From Raillietiella orientalis (Eukaryota), in NCBI GenBank assembly GCA_036172245.1, contig JAYWIR010000025.1, positions 372,001-436,000 of the forward strand: 64,000 nucleotides of DNA. Direction: 5' to 3'. The notes under the pieces are model-generated. The model was not told where the DNA came from and ran no database searches. It saw only the letters and a program-made list of their open reading frames with translations. Positions 1 through 12,429 of the stretch are shown in pieces. How positions within the stretch are numbered: position 1 is the stretch's first letter; each line of letters begins with the position of its first letter. The position numbers and the translations under genes are program-made.

Positions 1-1260
1 CTTCTGACGGCGGCAGATGCCAGAATCTCCCCTTCCGCCTTCCTGCATCCGGAGAGCTCCCGCTGGCCGTTCTTTACTCCTCAAGCAGTCGCCATCTCCG
101 GGCCACTGGCGACTCTGCCCCTCGTCATCCGTGCAGCAGTCGCGAATTGCCACGCGGAGCTGCCGCAGCATAGAGGGGGAGAGCGTTCGCTCGCTCCGTC
201 GCTCAGTGGCGCGGAGGGCACCTAGGCGGCACTCCGTCCCGAAATCCAAGAGGACGTCAACCGGATTGCGGGAGGGCCATCGGGCGCACGTACCGGCAAC
301 CTCTTTTCCTTTCCCTCCCTCAAGTCCCGGAAACGACGGACGTCCGTTTGCTCCCCGATGTTCCTTCATATCGTGTGCTTCCGTGTGCATATGTATATAT
401 AATTGATTTCTGTTTCCCCGTTCTCCCCCTGACCTCTGCAGACTGAGCGTGTTTTCTTGCCCTCTCCCTTAGCCACCAACCTGCGCGTCGGTGTTTCCCG
501 AAGCGTGCTTTCAGGGCACGTTAACGTTTGTTTGTTAACTTTCAACAGACATTACGGCACGGTCAAGCCTAAAGCATCATCATCTTTCAAGGGAGCGAAC
601 GGACGAAGCTGGGAGCTCCAGAATGACGTTCCCGAAGAGTAGCGGGAGCTTTCGTGGGAGAGGCGGATGCTTTCCGGTCCCGTTCGCATCGGCTTCTCTT
701 GGCGTGACGGGCGCGCGCACCGACTGGAGGGTTCGCCGGAAGGAAGGCCAGGAATCCTCTGCTTGCGATCCGGAGGAGAGCTGTGCTTCCTGACCAGGGC
801 GGAAGCTCTCCTCCCCGGACTTTTTCCTCGTGCAACCGCAGATGCCATTCGCCGTGGTTCCAGCGCAAGCTCAGCAGCACGGGTGCTCAAACCCGGTCGT
901 CAGCTCGCGCGCGTGCCATGCTTCCCCCCAGGGCGGTCCGACAGTCGGGAGGATCGAAGCTTCGAGAGGGCATTCTGACCGGCCAGCAGCCGGGAGAGGA
1001 CAGACATGGCATGCCGAAGTCGCCGACCTGGCAGGTTCGGAGCCTGCCAAGCGAGGCGAATCGGGCTAGTTCGCCGAGGACGTGGCTGGACGCGAGTTTA
1101 GCCAGCAAAGCAACGGGTCGGTAGCGGGTCATCAAGGAGGAATCGCCCAGTCTCGTTCGCCAGCAGCTCGGAACCCAAGGAGGGTCTCTGGAGGATGAAA
1201 GAGCCACGGGTCGCAGATGAGTGGGGCGTTTTTTCCCGCTAGCCGTCTTCCTCGAAGGGA
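1..1260 (-). mobile_element. Decayed reverse-transcriptase segment of an R2/NeSL-type non-LTR retrotransposon
   Basis: ORF 887..1309(-) reads WVPSCWRTRLGDSSLMTRYRPVALLAKL...LRTCQVGDFG, resembling RT subdomains 1-2 (P..W...YRPI.L..KL...Q.GF). GLTVP*C near 550-570 resembles the GL..NP.KC motif. Confidence 0.55.
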
Positions 1261-1289
1261 GAGAAGAAATTCCTTCAGCGAAATCCCTG

Positions 1290-4080
1290 CCGGATGAAAG
1301 AGAGTGCAAGAATACCCAAAGTATGCTCCTACGGATGTAAGGGGTGCCAGAAGAAATCCACGTGCTTTCATGGCTCTGCCCCGAGTGCCTTCTCAGCTGC
1401 AGGGGGATTCCCCGTGGGGATTCTCCCGGAGCACCTGCCGCATGCAGGCGCCTTCCCGTTTGACTCCGCGGACACGCGCCAGGACAACTTCAAGAGACAG
1501 GAGAAAGTCTCAGAAGAGTAGCCGGGATCAACCCGGAAGGCGAGAGAATGACCCCCGTTGCGGCTGTACATTCAGCAGCCTTTTGCGGCTGTCGTCGATC
1601 CACCATCAAAAAAAGACGCGACCATCTTTGGCCCCGCCACCCAAGGGAAGCTAAAGGCACTCTTTGATTTGGGTCCACCCGAAATCGGTCTGCGGAGTTC
1701 CACTCCTCACCTGCCTGACCCTCAACCGAGACTGGAAGGAGCTGACGGTTGGGAGGAAGGACTGGGGAGAGATCCTGGCCAGATTGCTTGCAGGGGGTGG
1801 AAACACCCCCATACACAACCCCATGTTCAGGATCTGCATTGTTCTTTCCATCACAAGCATCGTGGCAAGAAGAGCCAATGAGGAGGAGAATGAAGCGTAT
1901 GGTCCCTGCAACAGACATCCTGTCGTGACTGATCAAAAGAGAGATCGTCCTGTCGAAGCTGCGGAAGAGCCTCCACTTGGACACAGACATAAGATAACTC
2001 CAAATGTGTCCAGGAGTGGCATCCCTCTTTCCTCAAGTGTGAAAACAGTGACTCGCAGAGGCTAAATGTCTCTAGTGACGATGCCACAGGAAAACACTTT
2101 GCGTGGATTCTGCCGTCGTTTCGTGTTACTGTTGTCATCTCATGTCTTGCTGTTTGGTAAATAAATTTCACCCCACCGCTTGTGGGTCCTGGGAAAATTC
2201 TTTGGTTTTTTATTTCTCTGGGAAAAGGATCTTCTAGCTATCCATTCCTTTTTGGATGCTGCGTACAGGCACGCATCTCCACAGCAGTGGCATGCATGAA
2301 CGGGTTGAAGGCCGACTTCCCTTCCTCGTCCTTTCGAGAGAGCCAATGCAAGAAAGCAAATCGACTGCCGCTCCCTTGCCCTCTTTCGTCGAAGTGTGAG
2401 TGGGGACATCACGCCCCCACCGAGCTTTCGCTTTCCTGTCTGAAACGGAGGCTATCTCGCGCGGAACAGCCAAAGCAGGAACAGCGGGCAACGTGAGCCG
2501 CAGTTATACGCAGAGACATCTTCCGGCCTGTACAGGAAGCCGCACTTTCCTTATCGCGCGCGAGAGTGAGCGCGAGCTGTTCTACCCGTGCTTGGTCCAT
2601 CGAACGGATGTCGTGCTGCTGAGCACCTTCGTATTTTCCTGTACCACTGCCTGCCTGACTTGCATGCAGCTTCACTTCTAGAGTACCGGTTTTCGTTTGT
2701 CATGGATACTTGGCTACGGAGTTTGGCTCCCTGACTTCATCCCTCGTCTAGCCCCAACTGAGACTTTTGTTTTCATTTCCTGGACGATGTCCAGTCGTAA
2801 ATTTAGCTTCACATCTTTTCGGTGGAGAAATAATACCCCAACCGGACCAACTTCACCAACCCTACTAGCATCCGGTCATCTTCGTGAGGTGAAAGGAAGG
2901 ACGAGACGGTTCTCTAAGTCGATCCGCGGCTGCAGATCCTCTCCTTTTCCCGAAGGGCACTTGCTGTTGAGTGAAGGGCTCCGTGGACCAGATCCCGGTT
3001 CCGATAGGTCGAGAGCTGAGAAATCGAGCGGTCTCCTCTTCCCCGGGATGGGCAGGTTTGTTGCGCTTTCTGCTCGGGATCGTCTCTTCTGGAAAGGCGA
3101 AGAGCAAACCGCGGAACGTAGCCTCCCTCCCGGCGTGTTCTGCTTTTTCTTCGAAGAGGACCCCGGTGCACTCCGGCGTTGCCTGCAGCTTCGGGGAAGA
3201 AACAGCCGCTGGATTGCCTTCCGGGAACGGAAAAAGAAAAGGCAGACAAGCTCGTCGGTGCCTTCCACTCGAACGGAGAGAAGCTGCGATGCTGCTGCGT
3301 CTCCCAGGAAAACTTCGTGCATGACCTATCCCTACTTTTTCAAGGAACGGAGGAGAAAAAAAAATCACGGTCATCACTCTCCTTCACACTCTCATTTTGA
3401 TATTTTTGAGGCAAGAATTGGAACGGAGGAAGAACGGATCCAAGCAGGTCGTAGATGCGCTCTTGGAAGGCGGCCTCTTCGAGTGCGGAACTGAGTTCGA
3501 AGGAGTCGGAAGCAGCAAAGAATGAAGGCAGGAGGAAGGGAAAAGCGAAGATCACATGAGCGCGCTATGCGCGCGGATGCTGGAACCAAAGGAAAGAGAG
3601 CAGAGAGAAGAGGATCCACTACCGTGGAATTCCACGGGGTCTTTGGAAAGGTTCCCACCAAAGGAAAGTCTCCAAAGGTCCAGTCAAAGAAAGAGAGAGA
3701 AAGAAGGAAGGCAGTTCAGAGATGTGATGGGGAAGGGGTCGGTGACGACCTCGACGCAGAATGAAGCGGCGAGTCCGCTCAGAGCGAAACCGCGACCTCT
3801 CCGAGGCGGGAAACGGCGCAGCTGCCCACCCCCGATTTGCATGCAGCTCTTTGTCGAACTTCCTGGAGGAAAGGATCGCTTGTTGCCTTCCACGTGTGGT
3901 CCCGGGATCCAATTCAAGGACCACAGAGACCATCCGCCCTCGGGAATTCTTCTCTTGGTCACTGCAAGGGACGTCCGTCGAGGATCACAAACGGCACAAG
4001 AATAAGGGTCGAAGTGTATGGAACGGAAGTAATCAACTAAATTGGATGTGACTCCCGGCCGCTCGACAGCGGTTCGTATC
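1290..4080 (+). mobile_element. Decayed 5' half of a NeSL-like element: zinc finger, Ulp1-like, USP-like, start of RT
   Basis: CSYGCKGC (1324-1347); IWVHP...LTCLTLNRDWKE (1667-1745); HSFLDAA/VQA (2243-2271); GLLFPGMGRFVAL...FWKGEEQ...VFCFFFEE (3030-3160); RRKAV/RDVMGKGS (3700-3745); LPSTCGPGIQFKDHRDHPPSGILL (3883-3955), which parallels SSSGEDGIKYAGWGGIDP in the 59-kb element. Confidence 0.5.
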
Positions 4081-4749
4081 CTTAGTAGCCTTTATTTTTT
4101 TTTTCACTAAAAGAAGCAAAGCTAATGACCTAATTATTCGGCAGAGTGCTTTAAAATCCTATGAGGAGCATGAGAAAAGCTGACCTTGAGAATTCAGAGA
4201 AAGATGTGTGTAAGTGCATCGATGTTAGGCAAAGGAAACACTGTTAAAACAGAAATATATAAACACATCAGTAAGAAATTCAAAGAATTACATTAAAAGC
4301 CAAAGATGATAGATGCCTTCCGACGCAGAGTAATAGGCAGATTGGCAATGAATTAGTACAGAATCAGATTGCATTGGAAGATTCCCAAGCTGGCTTGATT
4401 ATAAGTTTGATTTAAAAAAAAAAAAAAAAAAGGGCTAATAGGCTTTCTCACAACAGGTTCTGTGTTCTCTACTTGCTGCTTATCCACTTATTTCAGTCAG
4501 AATTAGCAGTAGACAGGGCGGGAGAATGTGATCCGATTATTACTATACTGTGCATCCCTCGTGGAATAACTTGGTAGCATAAGATCTGCCCATTGATCAG
4601 GATGGAGATTACGGTCAATTAGACCACATAGAATTAGCCACTTCAAATCACTGCAAGACCGTCGTGCGGGAACTGGGACTTTCAGGATAGGAACAGAGAA
4701 GAGGAAGGAAAAAAAAAACAACGAACAAGAAGAAAAACTTTTTTCACTC

Positions 4750-7700
4750 TTTTAATTGGACCACTGGAAAACTGAGTCCCGGAGTCACATCCTGAGCTAT
4801 CCATATGAGCGTCTCCCACATGGATGGCGCACGGGGGAAGACATTGTTGCTATGCAACCCTCGTGTGCAGCCTTGCCCATGCGACGACCCGATGCTCAAA
4901 TTTATGTTTCGCTTCCAGCTTCCGGGGTGAAAATTCCCTCCCTCTCCAGAAAATTTACCCGCGTGTTTCCCGTTTTTACGATAAGCATACATGTCATGCA
5001 TGGTATTATCCGCATATATGTACATATTAATGTACAATGAATTTTGCATGGCTTTTTGTGTAGGAGATGTGAGGAGATTCTGAAAAAATAATTCGGGAAA
5101 GCGAAGGAAAAAATGGAAACCTCTACTTTGGCTCCAGGCGTTGAAATGCTCCCGTTGTGAACGAAGATTAAAGGAACTTGTTCGAGAAGATCGTTGAGCG
5201 TCGTAAGAGGTTGGAAGGTCTTCCGAGAAAAGGAACCCGTCATGATTCATCCCCATGTACACGAGTGATCTAAAGATCGTTTGCATGGATCATGCTCCAG
5301 GGACCTGCTTTCCATTCTGCTGGAGACGACTTGCTTTTTCCGTGTGCTCATTCCCACGGCCTCCCAGAGCGGCTCATCGTAACGAAATATCAAAAAAAAA
5401 CAATCGTGTTGGGAAATTAATTCTCCTCCTCTTCTCTCCCCCTTCATAGGAACTTCTTTGATTCTCCCCGAACGGGAACGCCAGTCGAGCTTTCGGATTC
5501 CCGTTGGCTGGATGGTATCTCGTCGGGGAGAAGAGGAGAGAAGAGGACGCTCTCACGTGTGCGGAACCGAGTTCCTCGCCTCTGCCGTCAGGATGAAACC
5601 AACCCGTGAGAATGCTAGAGTGTCCTCGCATCCACCGATTTTGACCTGGGCTGGTGAAAGTCAGCGAGTGATGATTCACCGTCGTCATCATCTCCAGACT
5701 TCTGCTCTTCCTCCAGTGTCGGCGTACGGCCTGCCGGCGCGCTTCCTTGGAAAGGGAAAAACACTGGAGTACTCAAAACACATTTCCATGGGCGCGATGC
5801 GAATCTTCGCTGCCGGTGGCAAAAAGTCGCTCCGTGGATCACTCCAGTGAGGCTTCCGATGCCTGCAGCCCAAGACCATCCTTAAAGAGTCCCCACGAAA
5901 CGGGATCGCGATAGTCCCAGCAACGGAGGGATCCTGTCTTCGTCGAGGCGAGTATGCCCTTCCTGGCGCGCAGCACGCCAACAGATCCACAAGGAATGCT
6001 ACTTAAACCGCGCTCTAAGTGATGATTTAAATGACGCCATGGAAACGTGTAGGAACTCTCGTTCCACCGGGCACGCATGCCATGCCGAGTGGAAGGCGAG
6101 ACTGTCGATCAGCTGCCGCCAAGTATTCGCAGCGGAGAAGACGGAATGAACGCGCGAGAGGTCAAACAATCTTTTCCGTGTTTCGGCATTGGCCATCTTG
6201 GTGATCATGCCGTGAAGAAACTCTGGTATATAAACTCTGGTATAAATATCTCGGATGCAGTCCGGAATCTTCCTATTGCTTCAGACAGAGTACGTTGCGT
6301 ACCATCAGCACGAATGTTAGACGTGAACTCGGCTGGCAAGAGCATTGCCATGGCTTAAATCAAAAACGGGAACTCTCATGGCCTGTCGTAACAAGCAAGC
6401 CCTTGGGAACGGCTTCGCACGACCACGTATGTTTCTTCTCGTGGCTAAGAGAAATGAGTGAAGACGCACCTTCCGCATTTTGAGACGGACTGCTTTCTGA
6501 GCCAAAAGCCTGATCGCTGTCACTGGGCGTCTCGGAGCCGCGCAGGGAACGAAAGAGCCGGAAAAAAGCATCCAAGGAGGATTCGCTCGCCTTTCCAAAA
6601 GTGAATACCGAGACCATGAGTTCAACCTCTTCCCTCGGTGTCTGGTTAACCGAGATGCTGTTGCACGGCAGAGAAGGGTGGGGCCAGCGCAGCGCATGTC
6701 TTGACGCGCCAGCTTTCCAGACGTGCTCTCCCTTCCTCCTTCCTGGGATTCGCCTACGTACAAATCTTCTTTCATCTTACCCTGATGATTCATTTCCATA
6801 AACCTTGTGAACTCTGCGAGTGACGTCACGGAAACCAGAAAAAAACTGACAAAAGCAGGCAGCACCTGCACGTTCAAGAACTGCCGCCCGTTCTGTCTGG
6901 TACCGTCTGATTCCTGTTCCTGTTTTCGAAACTCTTCCGGAGCTCCGGAGCTCTCCCATGGCACTCTCTTAACCATTCCTATGCACGTGGAGGAAAGAGG
7001 CTGATCCTTTAGCTAGTCGCGGCTCCATGAAGATGTAGCGAAATCTCCCCGATCTCCACTTCTTCCCCTTTGGAGTGGACATCTTTGTGTGTTACGCGAC
7101 AGTTCCACGCTTTCTCAGAAGTCGCAATGCTCGGCGTTGCGGCTGCCGCATTAGTTCACCCTGTGCAACGCGCACCTCCACCGCCTAACCAGGGGAAGTG
7201 CGGCCGTCCCAGAGTGCGACAGGTGCGGGGCGAAGGAAGAGAAGTCTTGCCGCACCTGCTTTTCCGATTGCGTTGCCCTCCGCGGTGTGCGTGCTGGGCG
7301 GGGGGGAAGAAGGCGTTTGACTACGTCCCTGGACTTCCTGGAAGACCTCCCGAGGGCCTCATTCAGATGTCTCTTGGCGTGTAGTGGGATGTTGCCTGCT
7401 AGGACGATCGCAGCACCTTCGGCGAGATCGTGGTGGCTGGAAGCGCCACGACAAAGGCCGGGACGACCGAAAAGCCAACTCCGTTTTCTCGTTCCTGAGA
7501 ATCGCAACAAGATAGCCACACCTGAGGCGCAATCAGGAGGAATTGCCGGCATCCCTGAGAGGATGCAGAGGCTACCAGGGAGCAACCTGCAATTCCTTTC
7601 TACACCCAAACAATTCCTTTGCTGAACGGTTATTGATTTTTTTGTGTGTTGCTCTGGTGAAGGCAGCTCTTCCCGCCTCCGAGCCACCTCCGTCGGGAAA

Positions 7701-10700
7701 CCCCCACCAGCCTGTCTGGGAAACCCCCCTGCCAGCGCACTCCTTCTCCGCTGCCGCTAACCGTGACTCCCGACGGCGCCCCATCGAAGGCGGCGCGGTG
7801 GAAGGCGCGGCTGGTGGCTGCAAGAGAGCTAAATTTTCCCTCTTTCAGAGACCGCTCCGAGAAGATGACTCTTCCGGAACATCCGGAAGCTGTGACACTG
7901 CGTTGCCAATACGGAACGACTGGAGGATCTATTGATGAAATTTATATTTTTCCCAATAAACGCCCTGGAGTGACCGATTCGGTGCAAGAACACGAGAGCG
8001 TGGAGGCGAAGGGTCTGCAGAGAAAGACCGAGGAAATCCGAAGGGAGAACGCAACTGGGATGCTGTAGAGGAAGCTCCATCCGGCTGACTCACTCTAGGG
8101 GGCAAGAGACTTACCGCTAACCTCACTCGGTTCCTTGAATCCTAAGAGATGAGCAGGACGGTTTCCTGGGCGATCATTTCTTCTGCCTCTTTGCTTCCGT
8201 TCGGTTCCCCGATCGTCTGCAGAGGACGCTCCCGCCTTCTTTCAAGGTAGGCGCGTCCACAGAGCTTACATCGCGGGTTCGCCACGATGGAGCACAACAA
8301 AGCCGCCCCCGTCTACGAATTCTTCCGAGAAGAGCGAGCCTTGGAGAAAGCGCTCCCCGCGTCGAAGCAGCCCTGTCCCCGTTGACTCCTCACGGTATTT
8401 GCGAACCCTGGCCCCCCGCATCCATCCGCTCCTCACTGTGGACACGAACGGTTGAGTGGCGCTTTGGCTCCGAGTCATCCTGCGTCTGCCCGGTGAATTC
8501 GCTGCCTGCGTGGCAGGTCAGGTCCTCCGGCTGGCTCAGAAGGCAGGATGGTAGGCTCGCTCAGCTACCATGAAGATTCGCCCTAGGCACGAGTTGCACG
8601 ACGTTGCGATCGGCCTAAAGTATATCCGGAAGTCTCGAGTTTACTAGCAGCTCCATGAACGGAGCGTGAAATCCCAGTCTTCCCTGTGCACGGCTGGTCA
8701 CCTCACGAACCTCTTGGGATGGCTTGAATTTGAGCCCGCGTCGGAGGCCATGCGGCTTCTGAGGTCTCCGCGCGTGGCACCACCAGGCGTCGCGTGTTCC
8801 GGTTCCTCCTGCAAGATGACGCTGGTTGACCTACATTCCTTCGGGCGCGGCACCTTCAGCTGTTCAAACCGCATGCTCCCGCCGAGTGGCTGGGACTGGC
8901 GCAGTCGACCTCCGATTCCTTCCAGGGATCGAGGAGTGGGAGTTCCTTTCCTTCCTGTTGTTCAAAGAAGCAGACCCTCCTGCCTTACGGGTGACCGAAC
9001 CCTGCGCCTCGTATCATGGAGTCAGTGTGGCACCTCTCCAGAATGCAGAGAAGCGTGCCGCCTCTGCACCCTTTCATACGACGGGAATGGTCTGATCCTC
9101 CGCTCTCAGGACACCGGGTTTCGCCTCGTCCGCGCACGGTGGGACCGTGTTGGGCTTGGCCACGGGGGCGCAGCGGCGTGGCAAAGTCCCACCCTTCGAA
9201 GGAGGGATGGAGCCGGAGGAGCCTCTTCTCCGCGCCGAAGGCGACAAGAGGCCTCCAAGGGCCGGTAGCGCGCTTCTGAGCGAGGCGGCGCTGCAGCATC
9301 CTCCGCAGGTCTGGCGGACGTAGGAAGCTCCGCGCAGTTCCTGATGCGCGGAAGCGGCAGGTTTCGTGACCTGCCTCATTAGCGCACGTTCGAGAAGGGT
9401 TGCCGGGTCAGCGGCCACCGGGAGGGAGGGGGATCTCGCCGGACCGTCCTCCTCGACGCCCTGCTGATGACGCGCGCAAGGCTTTGTGCGCGCACGTGGG
9501 CAGACCGCTTGCCACGACGGGGGAAGTCACCTGATCTGCGAGGAGTCGGGCCCTGCGAGGGTATGGGCGCCTTTTCGTGTGCAGCAACGGCGTCGAGGTG
9601 AAGAATTCCCGGCGCACGGCTTCCCTCGCGTAGACGGAGGACGGTGTCGGTCTGCTGCTCCTCCTCGTGCACGGCCGTTGCGACCGAACCCTGGGGGCTG
9701 GGCAGCCAGCCCGCGGAAGGGGACTTCCCTCCTCCTCCCCAAGCGCACATCCTCGACCGCGAGGAACCGCGTGCTTCCCCGGTGCGACGGGCAACCGCGC
9801 GCACCCTCCTCGGCTGCCGGACTCCAAGCCATCGATCCGCCGCTGTCCGCGCTCCCTGATGCGGAGAGGGCGGCTCCTTCTCGCCTTCCGAGCCGTCTCC
9901 GTCGAACCGACCTGTTCTGGAAACCTCTTTGCGCCACTCCAGCGCTCTCCTCCTCTGGCGCCTACCGCGGCTTGCGAACACGACCCGTCCGATGCGGCGC
10001 GGCGGAAGGCGAGCCGACTTCCTACCGCGGCCGGCTTTTGTAAGAGCCGCGCATCTTCTTTGCTCCCTCTTCCTGATTCCTCCTCAAGAGGTGTGAAGGT
10101 TGGAACGGGGGAGTGGTAGGCATCGCCGATTCGCTGAAGCACGCAGTGACGCGGTGGCCGAGGAAGCGCGGCGAGGGCCAGCAGCATCACGGGCGGATGG
10201 ACGGCGAGAAACCGGCGGAGCCACGGACCGCCGCCCAACGGGAAGGTCGGCTCGACAGCTTCCGCGTCAGCACATCCGTCCTTCTCGATGGCTCGTCGTT
10301 CGTTTCATCTTCCTCCCGCTAGAGGAGTTCTCTTGCTCTTCCTCCGGGTGGGAGCGATCTCTGAATACGTCTGAGGAGAACGATTAGGGTTAACGCGAAG
10401 TTGAGTACATCATGAGTCTCGAATTTTCTAAGGGTTTTTTTTTTTCCTTCTTTCGATACGATGGATCGAGAAACAAAGAGAGGATGCAGTGCCGAGGACA
10501 TATCTCCCGCCCTCTTCTTGCGGGCGGAAGATGTCTCCCCTGGGGAGCTCCGCAGCCTGAGCTCCGCCCTCTCAGAGGATGCTGAAAAGGACAGAAGAGA
10601 AGGAAATGATGATGCAGAATTTCCAAGAGATGTTGTGGTCGTCTCCGAGGGCTGTTCCAAAATACGCAGCCTCCTGCCGGCTGGATGTTCTTTCGGTGGA

Positions 10701-11200
10701 CTGTTCCTAATCGTGTGTCTGGCGCAGTGAAGGTGGGGACCTTCACTGCGCCAGACAAAATGGCACTAAATTAAGAGAATACGTCATCAACACTTAGCGA
10801 TCGGGCAGGCGTAGCCATGCAGCAATAGGAATGAGGAAGAAAGCATTCCTCCTGTCAGCATTCCTCTTCGAGCTGACTTTTTTGCCGGTCCTTCTTGAAG
10901 AATCCTTTCATCCCGATAGGCTGGAATGCGCAGCAAACGACTCTGTCTACCCTCGCGCTTTGTTTCTCCGCGCATCCGAAGGTCGACTCCTCTTGCGTCC
11001 AGTTCAGGAGCGCAGACTGTACCCATGGCAGTTACCAGCAAGTGCTTGCCTACCGGAGTGCCATCTTTGCAGCGGAAGGTGCCTCTTCTCAAGGCTCCAC
11101 ACTGGCGAAGCGGCTGGCATTCCGTAGTGAGTACTGGAAGTAACCTCCGTTTCCAAGTACACCCTGTTTCCAAGGAACGGATGGAAAAGCCAAAGTACGA
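4750..11200 (-). mobile_element. Near full-length decayed NeSL/Utopia-like non-LTR retrotransposon (ZnF, Ulp1-like, USP-like, RT, RLE tail)
   Basis: In 5' to 3' order on the minus strand: TFRCKDGTPVGKH (about 11080-11040); VPTF...LGTVHRK...VFWNS (10740-10650); GNS/HLDAV (9610-9586); ADPATLLERAL...QTCGGC (9412-9292); STSVILQEEPEHAT (about 8830-8790); HSFLL and VFDLSHGNALASRVH (6470-6323); IPDCIRDIYT (6268-6238); DSLAF (about 6100); RPWK (about 5790); GSWKRNINLSIG (4925-4885). Many frameshifts and stops. Confidence 0.55.
8326..10467. repeat. Copy 1 of a 2142-bp near-identical inverted duplication (partner 24153-26294)
   Basis: Both ends map with coordinate sum 34620. Mirrored ORFs are identical apart from two visible changes (AVHPP/AVQPP, PTFTP/PTSTP). 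Confidence 0.97.
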
Positions 11201-12429
11201 AAGAATGAAAACTCTTCTGGTTCTTTCTGAAAGTTTATTGTCTGATTTTTTTTTCGAAAAAACAAAGATAGTTTTTCGTGGTGAAGTCTCTTGTGAACGA
11301 TTTCTTTTCTTTTCTTATTTTTTACTGCATGCATTCCAGGAGTGCAGAACTTCAAATTCATTTTGATGACGTGATGGCCTCAGTGCCGAGAATGAGCAAA
11401 GCGAGCGCGCACAATCCCTGGAGTTGCAACCCCCTTGAAATAACTTAATTATCTCAGAAGTCAGCTGAGTGGAGCAATCGCGACCGATTTATGAGCTGCC
11501 ATGGGCGATGGGTTAATTAGATGGACACCCGCATGCGTGTACTCACGGAATTTTCCACATTCTTACACGTACGTAAAATAACACATGCCGTGAGGAAGCT
11601 GAACACAGTTGAGAACCGAGCCGTAGGAAAGGGAAACACTACAGTTTCCACGTCTTTTGGGAATCTGGGTTCCGATGATTAAGACCATTTATACCATGGA
11701 ATTGTTCGGAACGTAGATGATCTGCGGACAGGAAAGGAAAAATCCAATTTTTCTTTCGTCTGCATACTGCCAGCGCGGCTGTGGTACCAAGCGTCGCGGG
11801 TTCGAATCCCACCTGAGAAAGGATGGACGCCGAGGATTAGGGGCACGTCGTGGGTTTCGAGTCACCCCCCTCCGCACACAAGAATGATGCTGGTTGTCCT
11901 GTGGGCTTCGGGTGCGTCTCTGGTGGGCGCTTAAAAACCGGATGCCCCCGTTGACTGGCCGGGGTCCATCCAGGAATTCGGTTCCCTTCGTGGTTCCTTC
12001 CCGTTTGGGAAAACAGAGCGGTCCCTCGCTTGGAAGAGGAAAGGAAGTGACCCTCCATCGCGTACCGTGGAGCTGGTGGAGTGACGCCTCTCCAGAGTGT
12101 AAGATGAGCGCTGCTCCCTTCCTAGAAATTTTCCTCGACGAAGAGAGTCAATCTTCTGAGAAGGAGCAGCCCACCTCAAACGCATCCCGGACCTCGACGA
12201 GTCCGAGGATTTGCTGCATGATCTCCTTGAGCGCGCGACAGGACTTGGAAGGGGGAAGGGGAGCCCTATCCTCGCTTCCAGAGACGCTGGAGCGCTCCAA
12301 GCTTTCTTCGAGGACCCACGAGCTTCTGTGGGTTGACTTTTCTCTTTGCCAGGCGACAACACCCTTATCCCCAGTGTTCGCAGGAAGCTGCGGAGAGTGG
12401 CGCGCGCACCTCTACGGAACGGTGTTCGA

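Noticed and set aside
6218..6246. Short tandem duplication AAACTCTGGTATA(T), with similar micro-repeats near 54740 and 56040
   Set aside because: Ordinary slippage events inside dead elements. There is no repeat-spacer array, so nothing CRISPR-like.
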